Virus record (IMG/VR): IMGVR_UViG_3300011403_000033
Span: 1-24,942 of that record
Direction: 5' to 3' (one strand)
Origin: a virus
Lineage: Duplodnaviria; Caudoviricetes
DNA: 24,942 bases
The position numbers and the translations under genes are program-made. Below, one piece after another: positions 7,965-15,435 of this stretch; position 1 is the stretch's first letter; every line of letters starts with the position of its first letter. The notes beneath the pieces are model-generated. The model had not been told where the DNA came from and did no database searches. It saw only the letters and a list, made by a program, of their open reading frames with translations.

Positions 7965-8801
7965 TTAGTCTGTGGTTACAGCCACCACGGTAGGATCGAG
8001 TTGGTACATCAAGAACAAATACATCTTGGCCCTGTTGCCGGCCGTGGTTCCAACGGTCAAGGTCGCAGCAGCGGCCCGAGCGAAAGAAAGAACGGTAGCG
8101 GTAGGAACAAAGTATTTGCGCCGGCAAATCCAGCCAGCAGCGGTAGCTGCATCAGCACCTGTGTTGAACTGGGCAAGTTGGGTTCCGTATTGCACGGTCG
8201 CCAAGACCAACCCGGTCGCAGCAGCGAGGACAGGGCGCTTATAGCCCGTAGTACTGAAAGGAATAGCAACCAAGAAAGCATCGCTATCACCAGCAACACC
8301 CGCGTTCATCGTTTTTGCAGCCGCAGTAGACATGGCGCCAGCAGCAGTAACACGAATGAAAGCATCTTCGATGATCATTCCCTTACGAAGCGAAAAACCA
8401 GTGCTTCGAAGCGCGGTATTAGAAGCTCCATCGTCCAGAGGAACAACCAAGTTGAAATGACTCTGTTCCGGATCAACGTCTACGCGATGATTCGAAGGCT
8501 TAAGAGCCTTCAAGAAATAGGCGCGGCCACTGACCGTAAGAACCGAGATGTCAACGGTAGAAACGCTGATGTTCGTGTAGAACGAAAGCTGTCCGTCCGT
8601 CATAGTACGAGAAACGAAACCTGCACCGCCAGCGCCGAGATGCTGGGTAAGAGCTACCCCTGACGCATTGTAGATCGTAGCGCGGGCCGCAGAGCCTGCG
8701 GTATAGACCTGAAACTGACCACTGTCGTCATTGACAGGTTTCTTTTTGCGGGTGTCGATCAACTGAACGAACCATTCCCGCTTGTTATTAATGTTAGCCA
8801 C
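7965..8801 (-). CDS. Probable capsid decoration/surface protein, Ala/Thr/Ser-rich
   Basis: 278 aa, GTG start with AAGGAG RBS; second gene after the major capsid; beta-rich; 48 Ser+Thr by hand count. Confidence 0.55.
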   Translation of the reverse strand: MANINNKREWFVQLIDTRKKKPVNDDSGQFQVYTAGSAARATIYNASGVALTQHLGAGGAGFVSRTMTDGQLSFYTNISVSTVDISVLTVSGRAYFLKALKPSNHRVDVDPEQSHFNLVVPLDDGASNTALRSTGFSLRKGMIIEDAFIRVTAAGAMSTAAAKTMNAGVAGDSDAFLVAIPFSTTGYKRPVLAAATGLVLATVQYGTQLAQFNTGADAATAAGWICRRKYFVPTATVLSFARAAAATLTVGTTAGNRAKMYLFLMYQLDPTVVAVTTD

Positions 8802-8817
8802 CGAAAATCTCCTTTTC

Positions 8818-8878
8818 GTCCGCCGTCAAGCGGCCGGACATTGAGTTTGAAATTCAGGGGGCGGTTTATCGCCCCCCT
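8818..8878 (-). other. Pair of intergenic hairpins (weak terminator or mRNA stabiliser/processing site)
   Basis: GGGGGCG-N6-CGCCCCC at about 8857-8876 with a poor U-tract on the minus strand, plus GTCC-GCCG-N5-CGGC-C-GGAC at 8818-8839. Confidence 0.5.
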
Positions 8879-8883
8879 ACAGA

Positions 8884-9225
8884 TTAGATTTTAGCGTCGC
8901 CCCAAACGAAGCCATGAATGGCCCCGCCCGTATGAGCTGAAATATCCATGTCGGTTCCATCAGCAATCGTCAGAACGTTTCCCGAGGCAGTGACTATCGC
9001 GCCGAGGGCGCCGTTAGAATCACCACCGAGAATCGCTCCAGTGGACCCGCTGATTTGAATGACCCAACCACGAATAATGCTCAACTGCGGAAACGTCAAC
9101 GTCATCGACGTGTCGTTTGCAGGAACGGCCTTGAAAGGGATTAGTGGAAGCATAGACCCAACCACTTCGAGCGGTAGAGCCTTCTTTCCATAAACCCCTG
9201 TAGGTTCAACAGCAGTAAGAGCCAT
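8884..9225 (-). CDS. Probable minor capsid/cement protein
   Basis: 113 aa, small beta-rich, directly after the major capsid gene with a purine-rich RBS. Confidence 0.55.
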   Translation of the reverse strand: MALTAVEPTGVYGKKALPLEVVGSMLPLIPFKAVPANDTSMTLTFPQLSIIRGWVIQISGSTGAILGGDSNGALGAIVTASGNVLTIADGTDMDISAHTGGAIHGFVWGDAKI

Positions 9226-9254
9226 GATTTATATTTCTTCCTTTCCTTTACTGA

Positions 9255-10316
9255 TTAGGCATCAGCAACGGCTGAAGCGAATACGTGCACAACCCCGTTG
9301 TCTTCCACGGTTGAACGATCGTAAGCGAGCTTTTGAATTCCACGAATTTCGTGAATCTCGTAAGTCCGATCATGACCGACATCAGTTTCCTCTTCGCCAA
9401 ACTTCGAACGCTGTCCCCAACACACCGCGACGGCCTGTGCCCCCAACAGAAGATTGTGAGAAACGTCGATAGACGAAGCTCCGGCGCTTCCTTCGATAAG
9501 CAAGCGATCATACTCATACACAAGAACGCCGTCCCAAGCGCCTTTGAAACGAGAACCAGTGAACAAGGGGGACTCACTGTTAGCCTGGGGCGGAATGTTC
9601 AAATGAGCATTTCTCCACGAGGCATCATAACGGGTAAGATCCCGAACCGAAAGGGTGTGGCCTTGGAAAGTGAACCACTCTTCAGTGTTCTTTCCGACCT
9701 TCACCTTCATGGGACGAATCTTAGCCAACGCATTGACAGGGATGATTGCCTTGCGCTTCGCAACTTCGATCATGTTGGTAGCCAACAGATCGCTGGAGCT
9801 ATCCACGTTCGCCAAAGCGGTAGCGTGGGTGGCATTCCAGTTGCTGTCAACGGAGCCATAGAGGTATCGACCACGAACTCGACCGGTAGCAGTGTCAGAA
9901 ACAGCGATAGTGATATCGTCGTCCAAATCCACTCGGGCCTCATCCTGCAACGCTCCCCGCGCTTCCTCAAGCACGTCGAACTTCACGCGCTTTTGGGACA
10001 TGGGGATGTTTTCGATCTTCACCAATCGACGGTAGTTATCGATAGTGATTCTCTGACTGAAAAACGCGACAGTACCTTCGTTGCCAATGCCTTTAGCATT
10101 GCCATCAACGCGTCCGCCGACAAGCCGGCCACGAATGCCGACCGTAATAGCGTCGCCATCCGATTTGGTCAGGTCTTCTTTGACCTGGATGGGCATATCG
10201 GCCGAGGTGCCCATGAAGTGCTTCCAAGCAAGCTCACCGATGTACTCAGAGAAGATTTTATCTTCCCATTGTTCAACGGTCAGCCCGTGGGAGGTTAGTA
10301 TTTCAATGTAACTCAC
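9255..10316 (-). CDS. Major capsid protein (N4-gp56/DUF4043-like family)
   Basis: 353 aa, GTG start with AGGAG. W...IF.E, EDLTKSDGDAIT, GNEG, ITID..R, LFTG...G.WDGV and LLLGAQA motifs; follows the scaffold gene. Confidence 0.88.
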   Translation of the reverse strand: MSYIEILTSHGLTVEQWEDKIFSEYIGELAWKHFMGTSADMPIQVKEDLTKSDGDAITVGIRGRLVGGRVDGNAKGIGNEGTVAFFSQRITIDNYRRLVKIENIPMSQKRVKFDVLEEARGALQDEARVDLDDDITIAVSDTATGRVRGRYLYGSVDSNWNATHATALANVDSSSDLLATNMIEVAKRKAIIPVNALAKIRPMKVKVGKNTEEWFTFQGHTLSVRDLTRYDASWRNAHLNIPPQANSESPLFTGSRFKGAWDGVLVYEYDRLLIEGSAGASSIDVSHNLLLGAQAVAVCWGQRSKFGEEETDVGHDRTYEIHEIRGIQKLAYDRSTVEDNGVVHVFASAVADA

Positions 10317-10340
10317 GTTTGGTCTCCTGGTTTTTTTAGA

Positions 10341-11315
10341 TTAACCGAAAAGCTTTTTAAGCGAAGTAGCCTTCGGTTCGACTTTAGGTCCGCTACTCTC
10401 GCTGCTGCCTCGGGACGAAGACATTCCCTCGACATTCTCATCTTTTAACTTCTTGCCTTCTCGGATCTCATCGAGAATCTCTTTCCGTATCTTTTTCTGA
10501 AGCTCGTCCGTGACTTCTTTGGTGATAGCCGCGTGTTGCTTTTCAGGGGTGTCGCCATACCTCTTTTCAAAGTTATGGCGGTTAAGAATACGAAACGCGG
10601 ACATGACGGGGTTAGCAGAATTCATCACTGAATCTTGAATCATGGAATTCTCGCCAAACAGTTTATGAAACTCCCCGAGGACAGCATCAACCTGTTCTTT
10701 GCCGTAGGTTTCGTAAGCGGACTCACGGGAAGCGACTGCTTTTCCGGCCCGAAGCGCTGTTCGCGCTACGTCTTCCGGTTGAACTGTTTCGCGCCGTTCA
10801 TCTTCTTCCGTCCACGTTCCATCTTGCTTCTTCTGCATCACTTCGAGCTGATGTTTCAGCCCGTCGAATTCACGGCGCTGGTCAGCCAGCTCTTGCTGCC
10901 GCTGCGTCGCATAGTTTGCAGTATCCTTGTAACGTTTCTTGTACGGATTATCGTCAGACTCCCAAGGATCATCCTTGGCTTTGTCTTCTTTTTTGTCAGT
11001 CGATTCTTTCGAATCGTCAGACGAGTCGTCGGTCGAATCGTCGCCTTCCTCTTTGTCGGACTTCTTTTTAGGCTCTTCCTTATCGGACTTTTTATCGTCC
11101 TTTTCAGGTTTGTCCTCTTTGTCCTTTTTAGCCTTTTCCGATTTATCATCGGGGGACGGCTTATCGGACTTTTTGTCATCCTTCTTCGGAGGCTTCTTTT
11201 CTTCCTTCTTATCCTTCTCCTCGGGGACGGGTTTTGACCCTCCCGAAAATATAGAATCTAATGAAGGGCGGTCAACTTTTTGTTGAGCTTCACCCTTTTT
11301 ATCTTCACCAGCCAT
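10341..11315 (-). CDS. Scaffolding protein
   Basis: 324 aa; Lys/Asp/Glu-rich disordered N-half, YKKRYKDT..YAT coiled-coil, short C-terminal helix; immediately upstream of the capsid gene. Confidence 0.75.
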   Translation of the reverse strand: MAGEDKKGEAQQKVDRPSLDSIFSGGSKPVPEEKDKKEEKKPPKKDDKKSDKPSPDDKSEKAKKDKEDKPEKDDKKSDKEEPKKKSDKEEGDDSTDDSSDDSKESTDKKEDKAKDDPWESDDNPYKKRYKDTANYATQRQQELADQRREFDGLKHQLEVMQKKQDGTWTEEDERRETVQPEDVARTALRAGKAVASRESAYETYGKEQVDAVLGEFHKLFGENSMIQDSVMNSANPVMSAFRILNRHNFEKRYGDTPEKQHAAITKEVTDELQKKIRKEILDEIREGKKLKDENVEGMSSSRGSSESSGPKVEPKATSLKKLFG

Positions 11316-11351
11316 AAATCCCTTTCAGTGTGGTTTGTGGGAAGGCCAAAG

Positions 11352-11572
11352 TAACAAGCGTATCTTGTTAATCAGCCATCACGTTAAACTGAGGACGGGA
11401 ACTGTGAAGCGCCGGCATAGCCGTAGCTATGACGCAATAATTGTTCGCCTCACACCTGCATGGCGCAGGACACAACCCCCGCATAAGCTGCAAGGGTTCT
11501 GCTCTGTGTCATTCTCTCGGAGGTAATGCGGGTCATTGCGGCCTAGAACGCTCTCCGCACGGTGCCTCCGAG
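11352..11572 (-). ncRNA. Candidate structured RNA / structured leader of the scaffold-capsid mRNA
   Basis: At least six hairpins in a gap with no credible ORF. G-U wobble pairs and a C(UACG)G tetraloop form only on the minus strand. Confidence 0.45.
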
Positions 11573-12178
11573 CTATTTTAAAAAGTCTGCCCACTCTTTT
11601 GAAAAGAGTTTTAGTGAAACGGGCTTGATCCAATCGAAGTGCTTCATGTTTGGAAGATAACGGGCAAGAACACAAGGGTGTGATTTCTTCGGACCTACAA
11701 GTCCCTGCTGTCCGTAGGTAGATTGCCCGCAAATATTATCTGCGTCGGACCAGTAAACTAGCACTTCTTGAAACTGACTCGAATACTTCGACCAGTCGAA
11801 ATTTTCATCCATCGTGGTCGCAATTAAAATGATTCTGTAGAAGTGCATCCCCTGCTCAAGTGCCGCCTGCACCAAAGTGCCGGCATACGAATGAGCCACA
11901 ATGGAAAAAACTTCTTGTTTACCGGTGACACCTTCCAGAAACGAATCGAAGGCATTGAGGTTATCAATAACGCTCTGGTTGATTTTCCGACGATACCAAG
12001 GAATCCAAGTGAACACGCCTACGGCATACTTCCAAAACAACCCGGACCATTGCCAGCTATATGCGGCGAAGGGTTGCTTCTGTTCGTCCCAAATCGCTTC
12101 GAGACGCGACGGCCAATTTCGTTCCTCGGAACCGCCCGGTACGGTTTCAATCCCGTAAAGAAGGATTACCCTACCCAC
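11573..12178 (-). CDS. Alpha/beta-hydrolase (esterase/lipase-like)
   Basis: Likely GTG start at 12178 (GAGG upstream). VILLYGI oxyanion strand, IVAHSYAG nucleophile elbow, WSDAD acid and KHFDW His give a complete Ser-Asp-His triad. Confidence 0.8.
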   Translation of the reverse strand: MGRVILLYGIETVPGGSEERNWPSRLEAIWDEQKQPFAAYSWQWSGLFWKYAVGVFTWIPWYRRKINQSVIDNLNAFDSFLEGVTGKQEVFSIVAHSYAGTLVQAALEQGMHFYRIILIATTMDENFDWSKYSSQFQEVLVYWSDADNICGQSTYGQQGLVGPKKSHPCVLARYLPNMKHFDWIKPVSLKLFSKEWADFLK

Positions 12179-12279
12179 AACATGAACCTCGCCCAAAGCT
12201 TAAGGGCAACAGAAGCCGCCACGGGGTAAAGAGCCGCTAACAGGATTCCAACTGCTAAACCAAAAAGAAAGGTAAACAT
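12166..12279 (-). CDS. 37-aa membrane peptide (MFTFLFGLAVGILLAALYPVAASVALKLWARFMLWVG)
   Basis: Hand-translated; ATG 2 nt after the previous stop with AAGGGG upstream; fills the gap; hydrophobic. Confidence 0.6.
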   Translation of the reverse strand: MFTFLFGLAVGILLAALYPVAASVALKLWARFMLWVG

Positions 12280-12281
12280 GC

Positions 12282-12485
12282 TTAGCCCCTTTTCGACCAC
12301 GGTCCGTAATATTTAGTGTTTTTCACCCGCAACACGCGCTTTTCGATCTTTGGGTCGTCTTCTAAGCGCTCAACTTCGTGACGGTGAATATCAAGGCCCT
12401 GCTCTTTGAACAGTTTAATATTCTCTTGGGTGATCGTTTGTGGATCACGAAGCTTATCGTGATCAACCCTGAATTCTCTTGCCAT
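12282..12485 (-). CDS. Hypothetical protein (67 aa)
   Basis: Start revised to ATG 12485 (GAGGGAG RBS): MAREFRVDHDKLRD... Confidence 0.65.
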   Translation of the reverse strand: MAREFRVDHDKLRDPQTITQENIKLFKEQGLDIHRHEVERLEDDPKIEKRVLRVKNTKYYGPWSKRG

Positions 12486-12915
12486 GATCTCCCTCCCCTC
12501 TATTTGTTCCAGTCCATTTCTCAAAGGTACGCATTCCGCCAAGACCAAGCATTCCAACAACAACCGACACTAAAGCACTCATTTCTAAAGTCGGAAGGGG
12601 CGGGAGGTCTTTTTCAATAACCGTAACCGCGAAAACTAAAAAAGGCTGCAAAACGAAGTTGTAAGCAAACGCTGACCCACAAGTCCACCCAATAAAAGGA
12701 CGCCAGCCTGCAACAAAAACATTCTCGTGCTTTGCTTCTTCCTTGTTAATCTCAAGCTGGCCGAGAATTGACTGCCAATCGAACTGCATTACAGCAAGCT
12801 TAAGCTCGGACTCTAAGTGAGCCCTCTCAGCCTCGCTCATCTTCTCCGGAGGCAACACCCGCCTAAGAACGGTATCAAGCAGTCCAGAAACGGGACCTAT
12901 CAAAGCCTGCCACAT
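12463..12915 (-). CDS. Holin, 3TM (GTA-holin-like) family
   Basis: GQLEINKEEAKH..FVAGWRPFIGWTCG..FAY.F...P and GMLGLGGMRTFEK signature. Confidence 0.85.
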   Translation of the reverse strand: MWQALIGPVSGLLDTVLRRVLPPEKMSEAERAHLESELKLAVMQFDWQSILGQLEINKEEAKHENVFVAGWRPFIGWTCGSAFAYNFVLQPFLVFAVTVIEKDLPPLPTLEMSALVSVVVGMLGLGGMRTFEKWTGTNRGEGDHGKRIQG

Positions 12916-13054
12916 AACTTATCCCTCTTTGCCCAATCGTACACGTTTGCAAAAACCACTAAGCTTGAAAGGATGTAAACATCTGGTGCATCCCACGACC
13001 ACAAAACCGCCCCTAGTAAGGTCAGACACACTGACTGTAAGGGGTTGATGTCAA

Positions 13055-13249
13055 CTACAAATCGCGTACCTGTTCCACCCTAGATTTAATACACGCACCG
13101 AACAAAACAGTATCGGTCTTCGGATCAAGCTCTAAGGCGGCAACCTTAGCTTGTCCATATTCCGCACACGCAGCGGCATCTTTAAAGTGCTTCTGCTCGA
13201 CATGCAAAGTCTCAAGGGCCATCCAGACTATAAGTGCGATTACGGTCAT
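13055..13249 (-). CDS. Small hypothetical protein with hydrophobic N-terminus and two Cys
   Basis: 64 aa; ATGA overlap with the portal stop; F....AC...C pattern. Confidence 0.6.
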   Translation of the reverse strand: MTVIALIVWMALETLHVEQKHFKDAAACAEYGQAKVAALELDPKTDTVLFGACIKSRVEQVRDL

Positions 13250-15435
13250 GATTTTTCCTTCTTCTCACCAGCCGGCGCTTTTGGAGCCGCCGCTTTAATC
13301 ACTTCTTTTTGAATGTCCTGTTGGCCCTTCTGCATGGAGAGCTGATGCTTTTGTTGCTCAAGCTGCCTCTTCTCACGGGCAATCTGCACATCCATGTTGG
13401 CCTTCTCACGATTACCCTGCTGCTTCACTCGCTCGGTATCCTGCTTAACCCGCTCGGCTTCGACCTTAGATTGGTCCTGCGCCTCGGGAGACTTCTTAAT
13501 CATTTCCTTCTGAATCTCGGTCTGAGCTTGCAGTTCCGGTTCCGGCAATCTACCAGCTTCCATAACCGCTTTCGCAGTTTCGGGACTGCCCATCTTCACA
13601 TAATAAAAAGCCTTCTCTTCCGGTGACACCTTAGCAATATCCACGTTGACAGAAATCTTTGGATCGGCTGGCGGTGGTGCACTATGCTCGTCCAGCTTAT
13701 CGAGAAGAGTCTTCTTCTTATCGGCTCTCAACTCGGAGAGCTGAATCATGGTCTTCATCCAGAATGGCCCAAGGGGCGCAAGCTGAGGAAGATATTGAAG
13801 CAGCAATGCAAAAGTTTCTTGCTCCGTATTGGCTGTGTCCATAAAATCATCAACCACAACGTCATACTTTGCGGTTTTGATTTTCTGAACCATTGGAGCT
13901 GTCATGTTCACTTCACGAGCGGTGTTCTCATTATCCGTAATAAGAAACGTCTTCTCTTTTGTGAAGTAATTCTGGACTCGCTCCAGAATGACACGCCCCG
14001 TTATTTTTCGGGTGCGACGAAGGTTAGCGAAAAGTCGGGCAACAGGTTTAGTTGCCTCTGAGAATTTCCGTTTCAAACCAGCGTTAGAGCGAATCTCTTG
14101 GGTATTTTGCGCAATGCGCGGATCGATACCCGTCACCCGATAAAAATCTTCTTGTGCTTTTCGATGCAGCTCAAGCTGTGCGGCCGCAAGCTCAACGTTA
14201 TTTCGCATTACGAGCTTTTCCTGCGACACCGCACCGTCTTCGACAATCGCCACACCGTCCGGCTTGTGGATCTCTTCCTGATACTTGGTTACATCAGTAA
14301 TGGCACTCCGCTCAGCAACGGTCTGATTCGTGTTGAGCAAGTGCAGCGCCTTTGATTCGCGCTTGTTGATCGCATCCTGCATCGTTAGGGCGAGACTGAT
14401 AGGACCAAAAGGTGCCCCGTTTTTTCGTCTATACGCCCAATAAGGAATTAATGAAAAATACTCGTTGCGCGTGATCTTGTGTTCAAGCAAAACACTAGAA
14501 CAGTAGACGGCTTTGCAAATTCGTTTCTTTAGCCGCTCAATTTTCTCGTAATCGACGCCCTCAACCTGATCCTTGTGTTCCTCGGCCTTCCAATTTGCCT
14601 CAAGGATAACTTCGCCCGTACCATCCATCAGATAAATGCACTCACGGGTAGGCTTCTTATATTCCTGCGTGATAATTCGAAGCTTGCGGTGGTTCTGGTC
14701 AACGTAATTCTCTTGCTTGAACGAATCGACCAGAGCCGGCTGTGATCCACTGCCAGAAATATTAGAGGCATCGTCACTAAACAAACCCTCAAGCTCGGCT
14801 TTCGCTTTTGGGTATCGAGCTACAACGTCATCGAGGGAAAACCATTCGGACGTTGAAATAAAATTTGCGTCTTCGTTCCAATCGTAGCGCTTTGAATCAG
14901 GGTCAGGATAAACCACAAGAGCATCCTTGCTCTTCAGCTTAATCTCGGGGTTATAGAGATCATCGAATTCAACCGAAACTTCGATAGCTCCCAAACCACA
15001 AGTGAACCCGTCAACCGCCATGTCCGTTTCCTCGAATTCGAGGTCGTTACTCTGGCGAATATACAAAAACAAATCGGACAATCCGTCCGCAACCATTGCA
15101 TCTGGTGCCTCGTTACGGCCGCGAAACCCAATTCTGTACTGCTGCTCCGTAACCGTGCCCATCAAACTGTTGATGGTGACAGAGACCTGGTTGTTTACTG
15201 TCGGAGGTTGCTGGCGCTCTTTGAGAACATCCAGTTCGCTCGGGGTCCACTGTTCACCCTCGGCATACTTAAAGCATTCGACCATTACCTTCCGGCCGGT
15301 CACCCAAGACGGGTGGTCCAGGGAATAGGTAAAATTACGATCGAGCATAACGAGCAGCTCGGTTTTTTCTTTTGCCGTCTTCGCGGCTTTTTCTTGGTCT
15401 GCTGCTTCGTCGTAAGCCATTAAGCTGTTTTCCAA
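13246..15435 (-). CDS. Portal protein (P22-like, with C-terminal coiled-coil)
   Basis: 729 aa; Y.EGEQW......L..R..P....N, CGLG, V..DPDS..YD..DA and Q..INKR.SK motifs; Gln/Lys/Glu-rich C-terminal helix; follows terL. Confidence 0.9.
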   Translation of the reverse strand: MENSLMAYDEAADQEKAAKTAKEKTELLVMLDRNFTYSLDHPSWVTGRKVMVECFKYAEGEQWTPSELDVLKERQQPPTVNNQVSVTINSLMGTVTEQQYRIGFRGRNEAPDAMVADGLSDLFLYIRQSNDLEFEETDMAVDGFTCGLGAIEVSVEFDDLYNPEIKLKSKDALVVYPDPDSKRYDWNEDANFISTSEWFSLDDVVARYPKAKAELEGLFSDDASNISGSGSQPALVDSFKQENYVDQNHRKLRIITQEYKKPTRECIYLMDGTGEVILEANWKAEEHKDQVEGVDYEKIERLKKRICKAVYCSSVLLEHKITRNEYFSLIPYWAYRRKNGAPFGPISLALTMQDAINKRESKALHLLNTNQTVAERSAITDVTKYQEEIHKPDGVAIVEDGAVSQEKLVMRNNVELAAAQLELHRKAQEDFYRVTGIDPRIAQNTQEIRSNAGLKRKFSEATKPVARLFANLRRTRKITGRVILERVQNYFTKEKTFLITDNENTAREVNMTAPMVQKIKTAKYDVVVDDFMDTANTEQETFALLLQYLPQLAPLGPFWMKTMIQLSELRADKKKTLLDKLDEHSAPPPADPKISVNVDIAKVSPEEKAFYYVKMGSPETAKAVMEAGRLPEPELQAQTEIQKEMIKKSPEAQDQSKVEAERVKQDTERVKQQGNREKANMDVQIAREKRQLEQQKHQLSMQKGQQDIQKEVIKAAAPKAPAGEKKEKS

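Noticed and set aside
9226-9270. Programmed frameshift or read-through extending the capsid protein into the next gene
   Set aside because: No slippery heptamer at the capsid 3' end, a TAA stop, and the next gene has its own RBS
9333-10298. 321-aa plus-strand ORF, and similar long antisense ORFs at 1075-1677, 7911-8663 and 10635-11237
   Set aside because: They lie antisense to well-supported genes, show no recognisable motifs and are explained as codon-bias shadows
10940-11260. Repetitive DNA in the scaffold gene
   Set aside because: Reflects Lys/Asp/Glu/Ser low-complexity protein sequence typical of scaffolds, not a separate DNA element
11427-11732. 101-aa minus-strand ORF and 63-aa plus-strand ORF (11335-11526) over the structured gap
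   Set aside because: The first overlaps the hydrolase out of frame; neither has an RBS or protein-like features, and RNA structure explains the region better
12899-13060. Hydrophobic open frame on the minus strand between the 64-aa gene and the holin
   Set aside because: No ATG and no RBS; only an internal GTG giving about 43 aa, which is too weak to call
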